This document shows positions 63,927 to 64,000 of a DNA stretch of 64,000 bases, piece after piece. Numbering within the stretch: position 1 is the stretch's first letter; every line of letters starts with the position of its first letter. The position numbers were made by a program, and so were the translations under genes. The stretch lies in the sequence record PX246730.1. One strand, given 5' to 3'. The notes below the pieces were generated by a model. The model did no database searches. It saw only the letters and a program-made list of their open reading frames with translations, and was not told the origin of the DNA. Source of the stretch: a phage.

Positions 63927-64000
63927 TGCGCATGGTAAACGACCACGCAGAAGTGATTAAGAGTTCAACTTCTTTGGAGACATCTCAAGCACAGATTACA
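63927..64000 (+). CDS. partial CDS (5' end only; continues beyond window)
   Basis: ATG at 63927 preceded by AGGAAAG; open to window end. Confidence 0.3.

Overview
This window looks like a 64 kb segment of a large virulent tailed phage (myovirus-type; gene content resembles Felix O1-like enterobacterial phages, which is inference only). Coordinates for CDSs come from the ORF track; tRNA, intron, promoter and terminator coordinates were hand-mapped and may be off by a few nt. Layout: (1) 79-1947, two plus-strand genes including a vWA-domain protein; (2) 2100-6950, a tRNA cluster of about 27 tRNA or tRNA-like genes with repeated spacer hairpins; (3) 7174-30886, plus-strand morphogenesis block (terminase, portal, protease/scaffold, capsid, sheath, tube, chaperones with a -1 frameshift site, tape measure, baseplate, two His-rich tail fibres); (4) 30924-41718, minus-strand early/DNA-metabolism block (thymidylate synthase, DHFR, HTH regulator, ATP-dependent DNA ligase, HNH-AP2 endonuclease, family A DNA polymerase split by a group I intron); (5) 41945-64000, plus-strand replication and nucleotide-metabolism block (dNMP kinase-like, primase-helicase, SSB-like, flap endonuclease, NrdA/NrdB/glutaredoxin, NrdD split by a group I intron, NrdG, Prs-like plus Nampt-like pair). 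The most interesting candidates are the Prs-like/Nampt-like pair (possible NAD+ reconstitution counter-defence module), an apparently circularly permuted tRNA-Thr(GGT), two intron-interrupted essential genes with a free-standing HNH endonuclease beside one of them, and two long near-identical direct repeats with strand-asymmetric G-free tracts flanking a two-gene cassette. No integrase, CRISPR array or rRNA was seen. All functional calls rest on motifs I recognised by eye, not on database searches.
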